From: PVC group bacterium
GTDB lineage: Bacteria > Auribacterota > Erginobacteria > Erginobacterales > Erginobacteraceae
Direction of reading: 5' to 3'
Assembly: GCA_043804695.1 (NCBI GenBank)
Contig: JAZDIV010000134.1
Coordinates: 1-43,403, forward strand
DNA: 43,403 nucleotides
The notes under the pieces were generated by a model that was not told the DNA's origin, did no database searches, and saw only the letters and a list, made by a program, of their open reading frames with translations. Within the stretch, counting starts at the first letter, position 1, and every line of letters begins with the position of its first letter. This document shows positions 10,059 to 20,340 of this stretch, piece by piece. Position numbers and translations under genes: made by a program.

Positions 10059-11429
10059 TTAAAAGCTGATCAGGACCTCGCCACGTATCTCCAGGACATC
10101 GTCGGGACTTTCATCATTGGCGGGGAGATCGTAGGCCGAACCCGGCTTGAACCAGGCGCCCACCGCCTGCATGCTGACATCCTCGGTGTAGTCGTACTCG
10201 AGGATGAGATCCAGTTCCATCCCCAGGTCCTTGTCCGCGCCGCTGGTCACGGCGCTCACCCCGCCGTTATCCATGTCGGGGTTCCCCATGACCATTGCCC
10301 GGTCCTTGGACTGGTTGTACCAGTAGAAATCGAGGACCATGGTAAAGGACTCGGCGGGAAGAATACTGGCCTGGGCGTTGAAGATCCCGATGTTGGAAAG
10401 CTTGGGAGAATACGCGTAGCCGTAATAGTTGTAGTTGAAGAGCGGATCGAACGTATTCTTGTCCGGGTTGTTCGCTTCGTCGCCCTTGTCGCCGGATCCG
10501 TAAGTGTAGGAAACGGCGATCGCCGGTTCCCAGGTGACGTCGAAGACGTAAACCATGCCGAGGTCGAATCCGAGGGCCCGGATGGTCTCCTGGTCAGCCA
10601 TGCCAGTGGCCTGGTACTTGCCGAACTCGTAGGCGAACTCACCCCAGATGTCGAAGGCCTCCACCGGCGAGGCGTCGAACCGGAACCCCACGGCGATCGG
10701 GGCCTGTTTCAGATCCCCGTATTCTTCGCCGAACTGATCCCGGACACCGAAGACGTACCCCTCCATCGCCCAGAGGTCAGCCTGGTAGTTCATGTTGAGG
10801 CCGAAGAGGTCCTCGTCATCGCCTCCCTTGTAAAGGTCGCCGCCATTGACACTGTCCGACTCAACCAGGCGGGAGTAGAAGAGGTCGATCGTCCAGGGAT
10901 AAAAATCAAAGATGTTTCTCCAGCAGTCGAACTTGTATTCCCATTCCCGGCTGCTGATCAGGAAGCCCCGGCCGTAGTTGAGGTACTGGCGGCCGAGCTT
11001 GGCCGTCCAGGGGCTGTAAAACATCTCGCTCAGTTGGAAGTAGGCTTCGGCGACATTGACATCCCAGTCATTTTTCTCTTTGCTGTACGTGGTTACCTCC
11101 ACCGTCTCGGTGGTGCCGTCGGGTTGGGTGACCTCGACCTCCTCGGTCCTCCTCACGACCACCTGCTGGCCCCAGACACCGTCGGCTTCAACGGTGGCGA
11201 CCGCCCAGATATTATCGGTCAGGTCGGCCTCGGACGAAACCCGGGTCCGCTGACGGAAATAGAAGTCGTCCGCTTTTTCCGTGGAATCCACGCTGTAAAG
11301 GTTCTTGGTGTAGTAGGCCCGGGTCCGGATATCGCCCCCGAGGCGAACGTTCTGCACCTCCGCCTGCAGCGTGGAGGCGGCGCCGATCAGCAGCGCCGCC
11401 GCCAGCAAAACCGCCATCAACCTTCTCAT
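10059..11429 (-). CDS. Outer-membrane beta-barrel (alginate export family-like porin)
   Basis: Signal peptide, GAGGAGG SD, RLGGDIRTR, EAYFQL, KLGRQxLxYG, LGMELDL, C-terminal Phe. Confidence 0.85.
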   Translation of the reverse strand: MRRLMAVLLAAALLIGAASTLQAEVQNVRLGGDIRTRAYYTKNLYSVDSTEKADDFYFRQRTRVSSEADLTDNIWAVATVEADGVWGQQVVVRRTEEVEVTQPDGTTETVEVTTYSKEKNDWDVNVAEAYFQLSEMFYSPWTAKLGRQYLNYGRGFLISSREWEYKFDCWRNIFDFYPWTIDLFYSRLVESDSVNGGDLYKGGDDEDLFGLNMNYQADLWAMEGYVFGVRDQFGEEYGDLKQAPIAVGFRFDASPVEAFDIWGEFAYEFGKYQATGMADQETIRALGFDLGMVYVFDVTWEPAIAVSYTYGSGDKGDEANNPDKNTFDPLFNYNYYGYAYSPKLSNIGIFNAQASILPAESFTMVLDFYWYNQSKDRAMVMGNPDMDNGGVSAVTSGADKDLGMELDLILEYDYTEDVSMQAVGAWFKPGSAYDLPANDESPDDVLEIRGEVLISF

Positions 11430-11538
11430 ATAACAACCTCCTCGGTACCGGTTAGCAGTTCGCATCTATGTCCATCCATCTCACCGCCAACGGCCGGGAG
11501 CCCGGCTCCCGATGGCGGGATGGTTATTCTGCGGCACG

Positions 11539-11567
11539 AAGTTATCAGTCAGCAAATATTCCGTCAA
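11539..11567 (-). promoter_or_regulatory. Putative sigma70 promoter for the porin gene
   Basis: TTGACG-N17-TAACTT with extended -10 TG. Confidence 0.5.
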
Positions 11568-12205
11568 GTGCTAATTTCGCTCAGAAGGCTGACCAGTTCT
11601 TCCCGGGCCAGCCCGGCGTACATGGTCCGGGGGAAGCGCTCGATCACCGACCGGTAGGCCTCGAGGGCTTCGTCATACCGGCCCAGCCGGACCAGGCAGC
11701 GGCCCCTATTCACGCCGGCTTCCGGTTCCAGGGAAGAGCCGGGGTAACGCTCCCCGATCCGGCCGTACCCGGCGAGCGCCTCCTCCAGCTTCCCCGCGCT
11801 CTCCAGGCAGTAAGCCGCCCCCATCTGGGCAAAGGGGGCCAGCCGGTGGGCGGCATACCGGCCGATAAAGAGCCGGTAGGTATCCCGCGCCTGATCGAAC
11901 TCTCCCGCATCGTAAAGAGCGGCGGCCAGCTGGATCAGAGCCAGCGGGGCGGCGGGAGTGTCGGGATACCGGTCAAAGACAGCCCGCAGATCTTCCCGGG
12001 ACCGGGCCGCGCCGAGTTCAGTCTCCGCCCGGGCAATCGTGCCGGCGGTGTGATAAGAGACGGCGGCAAAAATCACGGCCCCCGCCACCAGAATGATTCC
12101 CAGGACGAGGGCGGCCGCCCGGTATCTTCGCATGAATGAAGCGGTGGTGGCGACGGCATCCACCAGACCGTCGTGTCTCATTTCTTTGACGGTGATCTTC
12201 TTCAT
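11564..12205 (-). CDS. Membrane-anchored TPR protein (YfgM-like)
   Basis: Single N-terminal TM segment followed by TPR repeats (YPDTPAA, YPGS motifs). Confidence 0.8.
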   Translation of the reverse strand: MKKITVKEMRHDGLVDAVATTASFMRRYRAAALVLGIILVAGAVIFAAVSYHTAGTIARAETELGAARSREDLRAVFDRYPDTPAAPLALIQLAAALYDAGEFDQARDTYRLFIGRYAAHRLAPFAQMGAAYCLESAGKLEEALAGYGRIGERYPGSSLEPEAGVNRGRCLVRLGRYDEALEAYRSVIERFPRTMYAGLAREELVSLLSEIST

Positions 12206-12384
12206 AATAAATTAGCGCCTCCGGCGCTAATTTAGGTAATTGTTTTTCTTAACATGAATACAAAATAATCACAATTACAAATTTTTAGTATAAAGCTACG
12301 ATCGGCGCCATCTGATTTATTACTTTATTTTCATGGTAATGAAAATAAAAACTGATATTTTTTCCCCGGGGCGGGGAGAGAGCG

Positions 12385-15198
12385 TCACGGGATGACCCGG
12401 TAGATGAAGAAAGTTTCATTCACGGCGGCATCCCGCTCATGGTGAAGGAGCTCGAAATGGCTCAGGCCGCGGGGACGGTAGAGCAGCCGATAGAGCGTGG
12501 TCTCCTGGAGCTGGGTCACGTTGGAGACGCCCAGCTGCTGGGGCTGGTAGATGATGTCGGGCGAGAAGCTGTACTGGAACTCGCCGGTCTGCTTGTTATA
12601 GCGGAGCAGCTTGAAGTACTTCGACGAGACCAGGATGTACTCCAGCCCCCGCGAATGGAGGGCCCGGGCGGCCTCCGGTTCCGGCAGCCAGTAGAGCCGG
12701 GGAAGCTCGAAATCGATTTTCTCGGGAGAAAGCTCCGACGGGAGACCAGAGATCGCCTCGGCCATGTATCCGTCGCTCCAGGGGACAAAGATCTTTCCTT
12801 TCCCCCCGGCGTGTTCATTCAGCCACTGATAGCTCCGGTACTCGCCCTCGGCGCTCTTGGCGGTCTGGTTCATGGAGGGGATGATGGTGGCGAAAAGCCA
12901 GCAGACCGCGGCCACCCCCGCCGGATAATGCCCGAATTTCCGTCCTCTCTGCGGCCAGAGCAGGATAAAGAGCAGGCCGCCGAACAGTGGCGGCGCGATC
13001 AGGTACAATGCGGTCCAGAACTTTTCCAGGCCCAGAAACAAAAGGAGGAGGCCGAGCAGGGGGATCGCCCCGAAAGCCGTCTTTTCCAGAGCGCCGAGCA
13101 TCCACCGGCGGCTCTTCCGATCCGGGACCGGGAGGGACAACGCGAACAAGAGCATGAGCAGCCCCGGAACCAACAGACAGATCTGAATCGACCAGTGCCT
13201 CCGGACCGCCTCGATGAACCGGTTGAGGGCGGCGAGGATGGAGTTGATCGCCTCGATCTGCCGGGTCGGCTCCAGCCGGCCGATCTCCTCCAGCAGCCGG
13301 AGTTCCTCCGGCCTTCCCTGCTGCTTGGCCTGGAAGACCGCCCCGCCCAGCATCCCCCCGGCCACGATCCAGAGAACGGTCAGGGAGAGGATCGCCCAGA
13401 TCCATCGCGGCCGAACCGAGCGCACCGCCCACTTCCTGATCAGGCAGACCAGCAGCCCGGCCGCCGCCGCCGCCAAAAAGACAAACAGATACCGGAAGCC
13501 GGGGGCGGCCCGGAGAAGACCGCCGGGGATATCGGGGATGGAGAAGAAACCGAGGCTGTCCCGGAGGGATGATGACGAGAGGAGGATAAAACCGGCCAGC
13601 AGGGCGCCGAGGCTGACGAGCAGCGTGAGCAGGCCGGTGGTCGATCGCCGATCGTCCGCCGGCCACTGGATGGAATAATAAATGAAGAGCGCGGCGGCCG
13701 GGAAAAAAACCGCGTACTCGGTCGAGTACTTGTCGCCGAAAACGCCGATAATGAAACACATCCAGAGAGCCAGAACCCCGCCGTAAACAGCCCTCCAGTT
13801 GACGAAGGCCAGGGCTCCCATCAGGGCGAAACCGAAGGTGAGGGGACGGGTCCCCCGGTCGGCGGCCAGCGACATTAAAAACCCGGAAAGGATCAGCGCC
13901 CAGCCGAGAACATCATTCTTCCGGAACGCGATCCAGAGTCCGACCGGGAGGAAGAAGAGAAGAAAGTTAAAACGGAGCCAGTAGTCGCCCAGCGAACTCC
14001 CCAGAAGATCCCCGGAGCCGGCCTTGATCTGGGCGCGGACGTCGATCCCCCGTTCCTTAAGAGCGAGGTCATAGGTCTTCTCCATCATCGAAGGCGTGAC
14101 TTCAAAATGGAGCAAAACGATCAGAGTGAAGAGGAGGACCAGGAAGATCGCGACCGGGAGATGCGAGAGGTCCTTTTCGCTCCGTGAATAGAAGTAAAGA
14201 AGACCGGTGACCAGCGCGGCGAAGACGACGGCGAAAACCCAGCCCCAGACGCCTTCAACGGAGAGGGCATCTCCCAGGACCCGGTACCGGATCAGAATCC
14301 ACCCGAAAAGGAAGAGGGAGGCGGCCAGAAGAGACAGCAGCAGGACCACACGGCCCCCGCGCAGCCCCAGGCGGACCGCTTCCCAGACCCCGAAGAAGAC
14401 CGCGGTCGCCCCCAGAGTGATCAGGAGGGTTTTTGTCCCCACCTCGCCGAAGATAAACCTCCCCCCGAAGTAAACCGCCGTCATCGCCAGGAGCGGGGTC
14501 AGGATCAGGGCCAGATTCCGGGGCCGCCGGCGGTCGCCGAGCAGGGCGGCCACCGCCTGCCAGAGAAGATAGATGCCGATCGTCCCCGCCCCCACGTAGA
14601 TCGTGGGCCCGACCTGCCGCCCCAAAAAAAGCGCAAGAACACTCAGCCCGGCATAGGGCAGTTTCCTCCAGCCTTTTCTCCTCACGGCTGCGGCCGCGCC
14701 GTAAATGGAGAGCACCAGGTAGGGGTAGGCGAAGATATCGTGGGTGACGGTGCCGGCGCTGTTGAACATGGGAAGAACCATGGAGCCGTAAAGTATCCCG
14801 GCCAGGAAGCCGGTCTTTTTTCCGTGGACTTCCGAGACAAAGAGGCAAAAGAGGGCGGCGTTCAGGGAGGAACTGAGCGATGCGACCAGGTAGGTTCCAT
14901 AGAGGAGCGGCATCCCGCCCAGAAGCGCGCCCAGGGCCCTCAGTATCCACAGAGTCGGATCCCAGACCGAGTAGAGGTCGAAGGTCCCCTTGGCCACCCC
15001 GTAATAAAACCAGAGCTCGATCCCGCTGACGGTGTGCCAGCCCCAGCGGAGAAAAAAGACCAGGGTGACGACCACCCGTTCGGAGAGGCAGAAGAGAAAG
15101 ATAAAAGCCACCAGCCGCCAGAGGGGGCAGCCTTCGATCCGTTCCCAAAAATCTTTCTTCTCTTCTACCGCGGTATTCTGTTCTTTCGGTCTTCCCAT
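12385..15198 (-). CDS. Large polytopic GT-C membrane protein, STT3/oligosaccharyltransferase-like
   Basis: Many TM segments, acidic residue after TM1, C-terminal soluble domain with YQWL...IFVPWSDGY where STT3 proteins have WWDYG. Confidence 0.55.
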   Translation of the reverse strand: MGRPKEQNTAVEEKKDFWERIEGCPLWRLVAFIFLFCLSERVVVTLVFFLRWGWHTVSGIELWFYYGVAKGTFDLYSVWDPTLWILRALGALLGGMPLLYGTYLVASLSSSLNAALFCLFVSEVHGKKTGFLAGILYGSMVLPMFNSAGTVTHDIFAYPYLVLSIYGAAAAVRRKGWRKLPYAGLSVLALFLGRQVGPTIYVGAGTIGIYLLWQAVAALLGDRRRPRNLALILTPLLAMTAVYFGGRFIFGEVGTKTLLITLGATAVFFGVWEAVRLGLRGGRVVLLLSLLAASLFLFGWILIRYRVLGDALSVEGVWGWVFAVVFAALVTGLLYFYSRSEKDLSHLPVAIFLVLLFTLIVLLHFEVTPSMMEKTYDLALKERGIDVRAQIKAGSGDLLGSSLGDYWLRFNFLLFFLPVGLWIAFRKNDVLGWALILSGFLMSLAADRGTRPLTFGFALMGALAFVNWRAVYGGVLALWMCFIIGVFGDKYSTEYAVFFPAAALFIYYSIQWPADDRRSTTGLLTLLVSLGALLAGFILLSSSSLRDSLGFFSIPDIPGGLLRAAPGFRYLFVFLAAAAAGLLVCLIRKWAVRSVRPRWIWAILSLTVLWIVAGGMLGGAVFQAKQQGRPEELRLLEEIGRLEPTRQIEAINSILAALNRFIEAVRRHWSIQICLLVPGLLMLLFALSLPVPDRKSRRWMLGALEKTAFGAIPLLGLLLLFLGLEKFWTALYLIAPPLFGGLLFILLWPQRGRKFGHYPAGVAAVCWLFATIIPSMNQTAKSAEGEYRSYQWLNEHAGGKGKIFVPWSDGYMAEAISGLPSELSPEKIDFELPRLYWLPEPEAARALHSRGLEYILVSSKYFKLLRYNKQTGEFQYSFSPDIIYQPQQLGVSNVTQLQETTLYRLLYRPRGLSHFELLHHERDAAVNETFFIYRVIP

Positions 15199-15257
15199 CA
15201 ATAATCTCCGGCCGGTTTCTTACCTGCACGACAATCCGCCAGGCTGATCGCGCAGGT

Positions 15258-15286
15258 AAGATACTGACTCTCCGGGGGGTTGGCAA
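15258..15286 (-). promoter_or_regulatory. Putative sigma70 promoter for the STT3-like gene
   Basis: TTGCCA-N17-TATCTT. Confidence 0.5.
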
Positions 15287-15329
15287 CCCTATAACCCGAT
15301 TTATTCATACGCATCAGTCCGCCGAATGT

Positions 15330-17075
15330 TCATTTCTCCCGGCCACCGGCCCGGCGGAGCCGGCCCGCCAGGAGGCGGGCTTTTTCCGCCTTCCTGCCCT
15401 CCGGGTTCAAGGCCAGAAAACGGTCCAGGGCGTTAAGGGACCGCTCCTTTTCGCCCCGCCGGCCGGTGATCACCCCGAGGGCGTATAAGGCGGGGCCGTA
15501 CCGGGGATTCAGTTTCAGCGCCCGGGCAAATGAATCCTCGGCCTGGGCGGTCTGCTCCAGCCAGTTATACGCCCAGCCCAGACGGGTCAGGAGACCGGGG
15601 CGCCGGGAGGGGCTGTAATTGCACTTCTCCAGGATCTCGTACTCAGGGATCGCCCGTTCGAACTCCCGGAGGGAAAAAAGGGTTTCAGCCAGAAGATACC
15701 GGGCTTCCAGGTCGTCCGGATGCCCCCGGAGGATGCCCTCTAAAAGGATGGCGGCGGAGGCGTATTCTTTTTGTTCCATCTTTCCCCGGGCCTCTTCCCT
15801 GGTCTTCAGCGTTCGGACACGGCCGCCCAGCTCCTCCAGAGCAGCAGACGGGGCCAGCGGCACCCCCAGGCTTTTCAGGACCGGTTCGGGATAGGCGGCC
15901 ATGATCTCGCCCCGGGACCGCTTCAGCGGGATGGAATCGCCGAGCCGGTCAAGGGGAACCGGGATGATCGTGTCGAAGTCCGGGAGGCTCTGCCGGGGAA
16001 TCCCCTGGATCCGTTCCGCCGCTTCTCTGACCTGGGGGTGCTCGTCAAGCCACCTCCGCAAAGCGGGATACTCGCGGCAGGCGGCCGGCACGGTCATCCC
16101 GGCCGGAATGTCCCGCAGGATCTCCTCCACGGTCCCCGGAAAGACCTTCCAGGCGCCGGCGACATCGCGGATCGCCCGGGCGGCATCGATCAGCACCTGC
16201 CGGGGGCTGAAAACAACCGTGTCTTTCGGCCGGACCGGACCGGCGACCAGGGCGGGGGCGAGCTCATCAAGATCCACCCGGCACCGCCGGGAGATCTCCA
16301 CGGAGGCGTCATAGTACTCGGGGGGGAACCCGAGAGCCCGCATCTCATCCTCGGTCTTCAGGTAATAGGTGCGGACATCGAGCGCGAAATCCGTGGGGTA
16401 GCCGAAACGGGTCTTGATGATGATATCGTGAAACTCCCAATCCCCGGGCCGGGCATAGTGCGCGTCGTTGGTGACCACCGGGGCGGCCCCGAAGCGACGG
16501 GAGAGCGCGATCAGCCCCTCGTTCGCCTTCTCCTCGTCCGGGATCCCGTGGCGGCCCAGCTCGGGGTAGAAGTCCCGGCCGAATAGATCGAAGTACCGCT
16601 GAAATTCCTTTTCGGCTTCCTCCAGTCCGCCGGTGATATACTTCTGGGGGACCGACCCCCAGAAGCAGCCCGAGAGGGCGATCAACCCTTCGTGGTACTT
16701 CTCCAGCAGCTTCCAGTCCACCAGGCCGCGGGTCTCCCCGAAGTTGTTCTCGATCCAGCTCTGATTGACCAGCCTGACCAGGTTCTGAAAACCGCCGTTA
16801 TCCCGCGCCAGTAAAATCAGGTGATTGCGGTAGGGGTCGCCGGTTTCGATACTTCTTTGGGCGTCGTCGACAAAGTACACCTCGCAGCCGATGACCGGGT
16901 GGAGGCCGGCCCGGCGGCAGGCCCGATCGAACGGATAGCAATAATCCAGGACCCCATGGTCGGTGATGGCGGCCGCCTCCTGTCCCATTTCCCTGATGTA
17001 ATCCAGATCGCGGGCGGGGTCGAGCAGGCTGTCCGAGTAAGAGCCGAGAAAATGACAATGGAGGTGGGAGAACAT
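15330..17075 (-). CDS. DnaE-type PHP domain fused to a DnaE thumb-like remnant and C-terminal TPRs
   Basis: HLHCH, TDHG, GCE, HLILLA, LSGC, TNDAHY of the Pol III alpha PHP domain; AIRDVA..., GIPRQ; no GRGS or PDID; TPR repeats at the C-terminus. Confidence 0.85.
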   Translation of the reverse strand: MFSHLHCHFLGSYSDSLLDPARDLDYIREMGQEAAAITDHGVLDYCYPFDRACRRAGLHPVIGCEVYFVDDAQRSIETGDPYRNHLILLARDNGGFQNLVRLVNQSWIENNFGETRGLVDWKLLEKYHEGLIALSGCFWGSVPQKYITGGLEEAEKEFQRYFDLFGRDFYPELGRHGIPDEEKANEGLIALSRRFGAAPVVTNDAHYARPGDWEFHDIIIKTRFGYPTDFALDVRTYYLKTEDEMRALGFPPEYYDASVEISRRCRVDLDELAPALVAGPVRPKDTVVFSPRQVLIDAARAIRDVAGAWKVFPGTVEEILRDIPAGMTVPAACREYPALRRWLDEHPQVREAAERIQGIPRQSLPDFDTIIPVPLDRLGDSIPLKRSRGEIMAAYPEPVLKSLGVPLAPSAALEELGGRVRTLKTREEARGKMEQKEYASAAILLEGILRGHPDDLEARYLLAETLFSLREFERAIPEYEILEKCNYSPSRRPGLLTRLGWAYNWLEQTAQAEDSFARALKLNPRYGPALYALGVITGRRGEKERSLNALDRFLALNPEGRKAEKARLLAGRLRRAGGREK

Positions 17076-17088
17076 AGGGAGAAGTTGG

Positions 17089-17332
17089 AAGTGCCTAAAG
17101 TTCGAAGTGCCTAAAGTTATCGCTTCGGCTTGGTTGAGCCGGTTCTGGCTTTTTTACCTGGTGAAATGCGCTAAGGTGCTTAAAGTTATATAACTTAACT
17201 TTGCAACTACTGTACGGTCCGGCACCCCCCTCGCAGTGCGAACTCTGACGGATCCGTCGGATCAGACCGATCAGTCGGAGGTGAAAGCGAGCAACTTTAG
17301 GCACTTTAGGCACTTCGAACTTTAGGCACTTA
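17089..17332. repeat. Inverted arrays of AAGTGCCTA units bounding the rnhC/PHP spacer
   Basis: AAGTGCCTAAAGTTCGAAGTGCCTAAAGTT at left, reverse complement x3 at right (supplying the rnhC stop); same unit at about 170-238. Confidence 0.75.
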
Positions 17333-18236
17333 GTATCTCCCTGGTGGTCTTGAAGTGAACTTTCCCGACCCGGACCAGGGCTTCCATCCCGGCCTTCCTG
17401 ACGACGTTCCTCCCGGCCGCGACCACCAGCTCCCTCTTGTTCCCCAGGGGCAGTTTGACCTCGATCTCGTCGGAAAGCTTTTTCAGGCGGAGAACGAACT
17501 CGCCCCGGGCCAGGACGGAAGCGGCCGCCACCGCCAGATCGGATTCCCCCCGGACTCTCTGCTCGACCTCGATCGACCGGCCTTTTTTCATCAGCGCTCG
17601 CAACACCAGATCTTTTTGCCCGAACTTGTCCAGGATCGCCTTGTGGCAGCTGGTCTTGGCCAGTATGTTCTCGATCACCCGGGCGTGTCCCCAGGCCAGA
17701 ATGCGATTGAGATTGCCCATCGTCGTGTAAAGCTGGTTATACCGCTCCGGGCCGATGGCGACGACGGAATACCGGCACTCCTTCCGGATGAACTTCCGCA
17801 GCTCCTTGATCCGCCGGTCCGATATCTTCTTGCTGTCCCGCACGTTCAGGTCCCGCAATTTTTTCTCGGTTCCGGCGTCAACATAGACGCCGGCCACCAC
17901 GACCGGGCCGAAATAATCGCCCTTGCCGCTCTCATCGACGCCGATCCGGTCCCCCGGGAACCCCTCGAGGATATTTTCGTATCCGAACCGGATCTCCTGT
18001 AGAATTTCCGGCTCCATAAAAAACTGCACGAACTCAACGGTGTCCTTTCCCTGGATCAAGAGTTTCCCCGATTTGTACAGACTGAGAGAGAGGTTTCCCC
18101 GGGAGGCGCCGAAGTGCGCGTGAGGGACGGCCTTGAAAAGGAAGCCCTTATTTTCCAGCCCCCTTTTCAGCTTTTCGGCCTGGTCGGCGGTGAGCTGGAC
18201 GGTGTACGAGGTGATTTGTTTGGTCAGATTGTCCAT
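17322..18236 (-). CDS. rnhC: Ribonuclease HIII
   Basis: N-terminal TBP-like domain (YKSGKLLIQG), IGVDESGKGDYFGP, DSKK, VAAASVLAR, KVHFKT. Confidence 0.93.
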   Translation of the reverse strand: MDNLTKQITSYTVQLTADQAEKLKRGLENKGFLFKAVPHAHFGASRGNLSLSLYKSGKLLIQGKDTVEFVQFFMEPEILQEIRFGYENILEGFPGDRIGVDESGKGDYFGPVVVAGVYVDAGTEKKLRDLNVRDSKKISDRRIKELRKFIRKECRYSVVAIGPERYNQLYTTMGNLNRILAWGHARVIENILAKTSCHKAILDKFGQKDLVLRALMKKGRSIEVEQRVRGESDLAVAAASVLARGEFVLRLKKLSDEIEVKLPLGNKRELVVAAGRNVVRKAGMEALVRVGKVHFKTTREILSA

Positions 18237-19261
18237 AGGTATAACAGCCGGGGGGTTTGCGGCTGGAAGAATTGCCGGAAGTCGAAACCGGCGGGGGCGT
18301 CCGGGATCCGGAAGAGGCGCCCCCGGAAAAGATCGAAGAGGGAATAGACCCGGCGGTACTCGATTACGGTCGCCGTCTCCAGGCCGGCCAGTCGGCGGGC
18401 CCGGTCGATGGCCAGGTCCCGGTAGCCGATCTCATCGACCAGGCCGTTGGCCAGGGCCTGGGTTCCGGTGAAGATCGCGCCGCCCGACACCTCTTCCAGC
18501 TGCTCCCGGTCCATGCCCCGACCCTCGGAGACCACATCCAGGAATCGCTCGTACATCTCATCCACCACCCCCTGGAGCATCGTCCGCTCTTCCGGGGTGA
18601 GCTCCCGGAACGGGGAGAGGATATCTTTCTCTTCCCCCCGCTTGATGGTGACATCCCGGACGCCGATCTTCCCCAGCAAGCCTTCCATGTTCAACGACTG
18701 GATGATCACCCCGATGCTGCCGGTCACCGTGGTGGGATGGGCGACAATGCAGTCCGCGGGGGCGGCAACGTAATATCCTCCCGACGCGGCCAGATCGCCG
18801 AGGACGGCCACCACCTTCTTCCCGGACTTCTGCAGTTCCTTGACCCGGTGGCAGATAATGTCGCTGGCGGTGATCCCTCCGCCCGGGCTGTCGATCTGGA
18901 GGACAACCGCCTTCACGGCCGGGTCCTCTTGCGCGGCCCGCAGCCGTTCCACCGCCTGTTCTCCCATGCTTTCTTTCTTCCAGAAACCCTGCGAATCGGA
19001 GAAGGTGATAAAACCCTCGACGGGGATGAGGACGATCTTATCCGCCCCCTCCCCTTCCACCACCACCTCCGAGAAGCGGTCGTGCCCGACTTTAACGGAT
19101 GCTTTTTCGGCGGCGCCCCTGATCAGGAACACATTGGCCGCCAGGCTGATCAGGAGACTTCCCCCCAGCACAACAACAAGAGCGCCCGCAATGATCCAGG
19201 GCCAGACGCTTCTTCGCTTCCGGACATACACCGGAGGATTAGGTTGAAGAGATTGATGCAT
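18224..19261 (-). CDS. sppA: Signal peptide peptidase SppA (36K type, S49)
   Basis: IDSPGG, AASGGYY, TGSIGVI, GLVDEIG; N-terminal TM. Confidence 0.92.
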   Translation of the reverse strand: MHQSLQPNPPVYVRKRRSVWPWIIAGALVVVLGGSLLISLAANVFLIRGAAEKASVKVGHDRFSEVVVEGEGADKIVLIPVEGFITFSDSQGFWKKESMGEQAVERLRAAQEDPAVKAVVLQIDSPGGGITASDIICHRVKELQKSGKKVVAVLGDLAASGGYYVAAPADCIVAHPTTVTGSIGVIIQSLNMEGLLGKIGVRDVTIKRGEEKDILSPFRELTPEERTMLQGVVDEMYERFLDVVSEGRGMDREQLEEVSGGAIFTGTQALANGLVDEIGYRDLAIDRARRLAGLETATVIEYRRVYSLFDLFRGRLFRIPDAPAGFDFRQFFQPQTPRLLYLWTI

Positions 19262-19325
19262 AGCCAATACGGTTATTTATGTGGTCGAACAACAACGACT
19301 GAAGAGCAAAATTCCAAAGCCCAAA

Positions 19326-20219
19326 TCAATAATTGGTGGGGGTGGCGGCGGCCTGGTTATCTTTCGCTCTGATGATTTTCAGGCCGGCGCTGGCGCCGAG
19401 CCGGGTGGCGCCGGCCCCGACCATCGCCTCGGCGTCTTCAAATGTTCTCACCCCGCCGGACGCCTTGACCCCGATATCCGGCCCCACCACCTTTCTCATC
19501 AGGGCGATATCCGCGACCGTCGCGCCGCCGGTGCTGAAGCCGGTCGAGGTTTTGACAAAGTCGGCTCCCGCCTCCACGCTCAGCTCGCAGGCCCTGACTT
19601 TCTCCTCGTCGATCAGCAGGCAGGTCTCCAGGATCACCTTGACCAGGATGTTGGGACGGGTCGCCCGCACCACCGACCGGATGTCTTCCCGGACCCGGTC
19701 GTACTGCCGGGACTTGATGAGGCCGACGTTGATCACCATGTCCACCTCGGTAGCCCCCTTACCGATCGCATCCCTGGTTTCATAGGCCTTGGTCTCGGAG
19801 GTGTCGGCGCCGAGCGGGAAGCCGATGACCGTGCAGACCTTGACCCCGGAACGCCGCAGCAACTTCGCCGAGAGCTCAACCCAGACCGGGTTGATGCAGA
19901 CCGAGGCGAAACAGTAGGTGTCCGCTTCCCGGCAGAGCTGACGGATCTGATCCTCGGTCGCTTCGGGCTTGAGCAGGGTGTGATCGATCATCCTCGCGAT
20001 CTTCGCCTCCACCGGGCCGATCCCCAGCTGGGTGCTGAGCCGGCAGACCCCGTTCGAGACCAGGCTCTCGATGAAATCGGGGCGCTTGGCGACGCACTGC
20101 CCGCACTCCAGACAGATGAGTCCGCTTTCCACGCCGCACGCCCCCCCGGACGGGGCGGACCCGTTCAGGGCGGCCATCACTTCCCGGGTGACTCGATCAA
20201 TCAATGCTTGGGTGTCCAT
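19326..20219 (-). CDS. deoC: Deoxyribose-phosphate aldolase with N-terminal encapsulation peptide and Cys-rich segment
   Basis: [43 protein letters not shown]-terminal amphipathic helix [13 protein letters not shown]. Confidence 0.95.
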   Translation of the reverse strand: MDTQALIDRVTREVMAALNGSAPSGGACGVESGLICLECGQCVAKRPDFIESLVSNGVCRLSTQLGIGPVEAKIARMIDHTLLKPEATEDQIRQLCREADTYCFASVCINPVWVELSAKLLRRSGVKVCTVIGFPLGADTSETKAYETRDAIGKGATEVDMVINVGLIKSRQYDRVREDIRSVVRATRPNILVKVILETCLLIDEEKVRACELSVEAGADFVKTSTGFSTGGATVADIALMRKVVGPDIGVKASGGVRTFEDAEAMVGAGATRLGASAGLKIIRAKDNQAAATPTNY

Positions 20220-20340
20220 TGTAAAATTTTTCTCCGAAAAATTTTAGTTCTTTAAATTAGCTCGCTGCGCTCGCTAATTTATATTATTCGTGTAATTCGT
20301 CGAAGATCCTGAGCGAAGTCGAAGGGCGAAATTCGTAGTT

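Noticed and set aside
15330..17075. dnaE (functional DNA polymerase III alpha)
   Set aside because: Only 581 aa and lacks the GRGS, PDID and KxD catalytic motifs and the C-terminal domains.
301..19322. Recurring AAATTCC(G/A)AAGC motif at about 301, 3260 (reverse), 8388 and 19309 as a regulator or ECF-sigma site
   Set aside because: Short, non-palindromic, with inconsistent position relative to genes; chance cannot be excluded without a genome-wide count.
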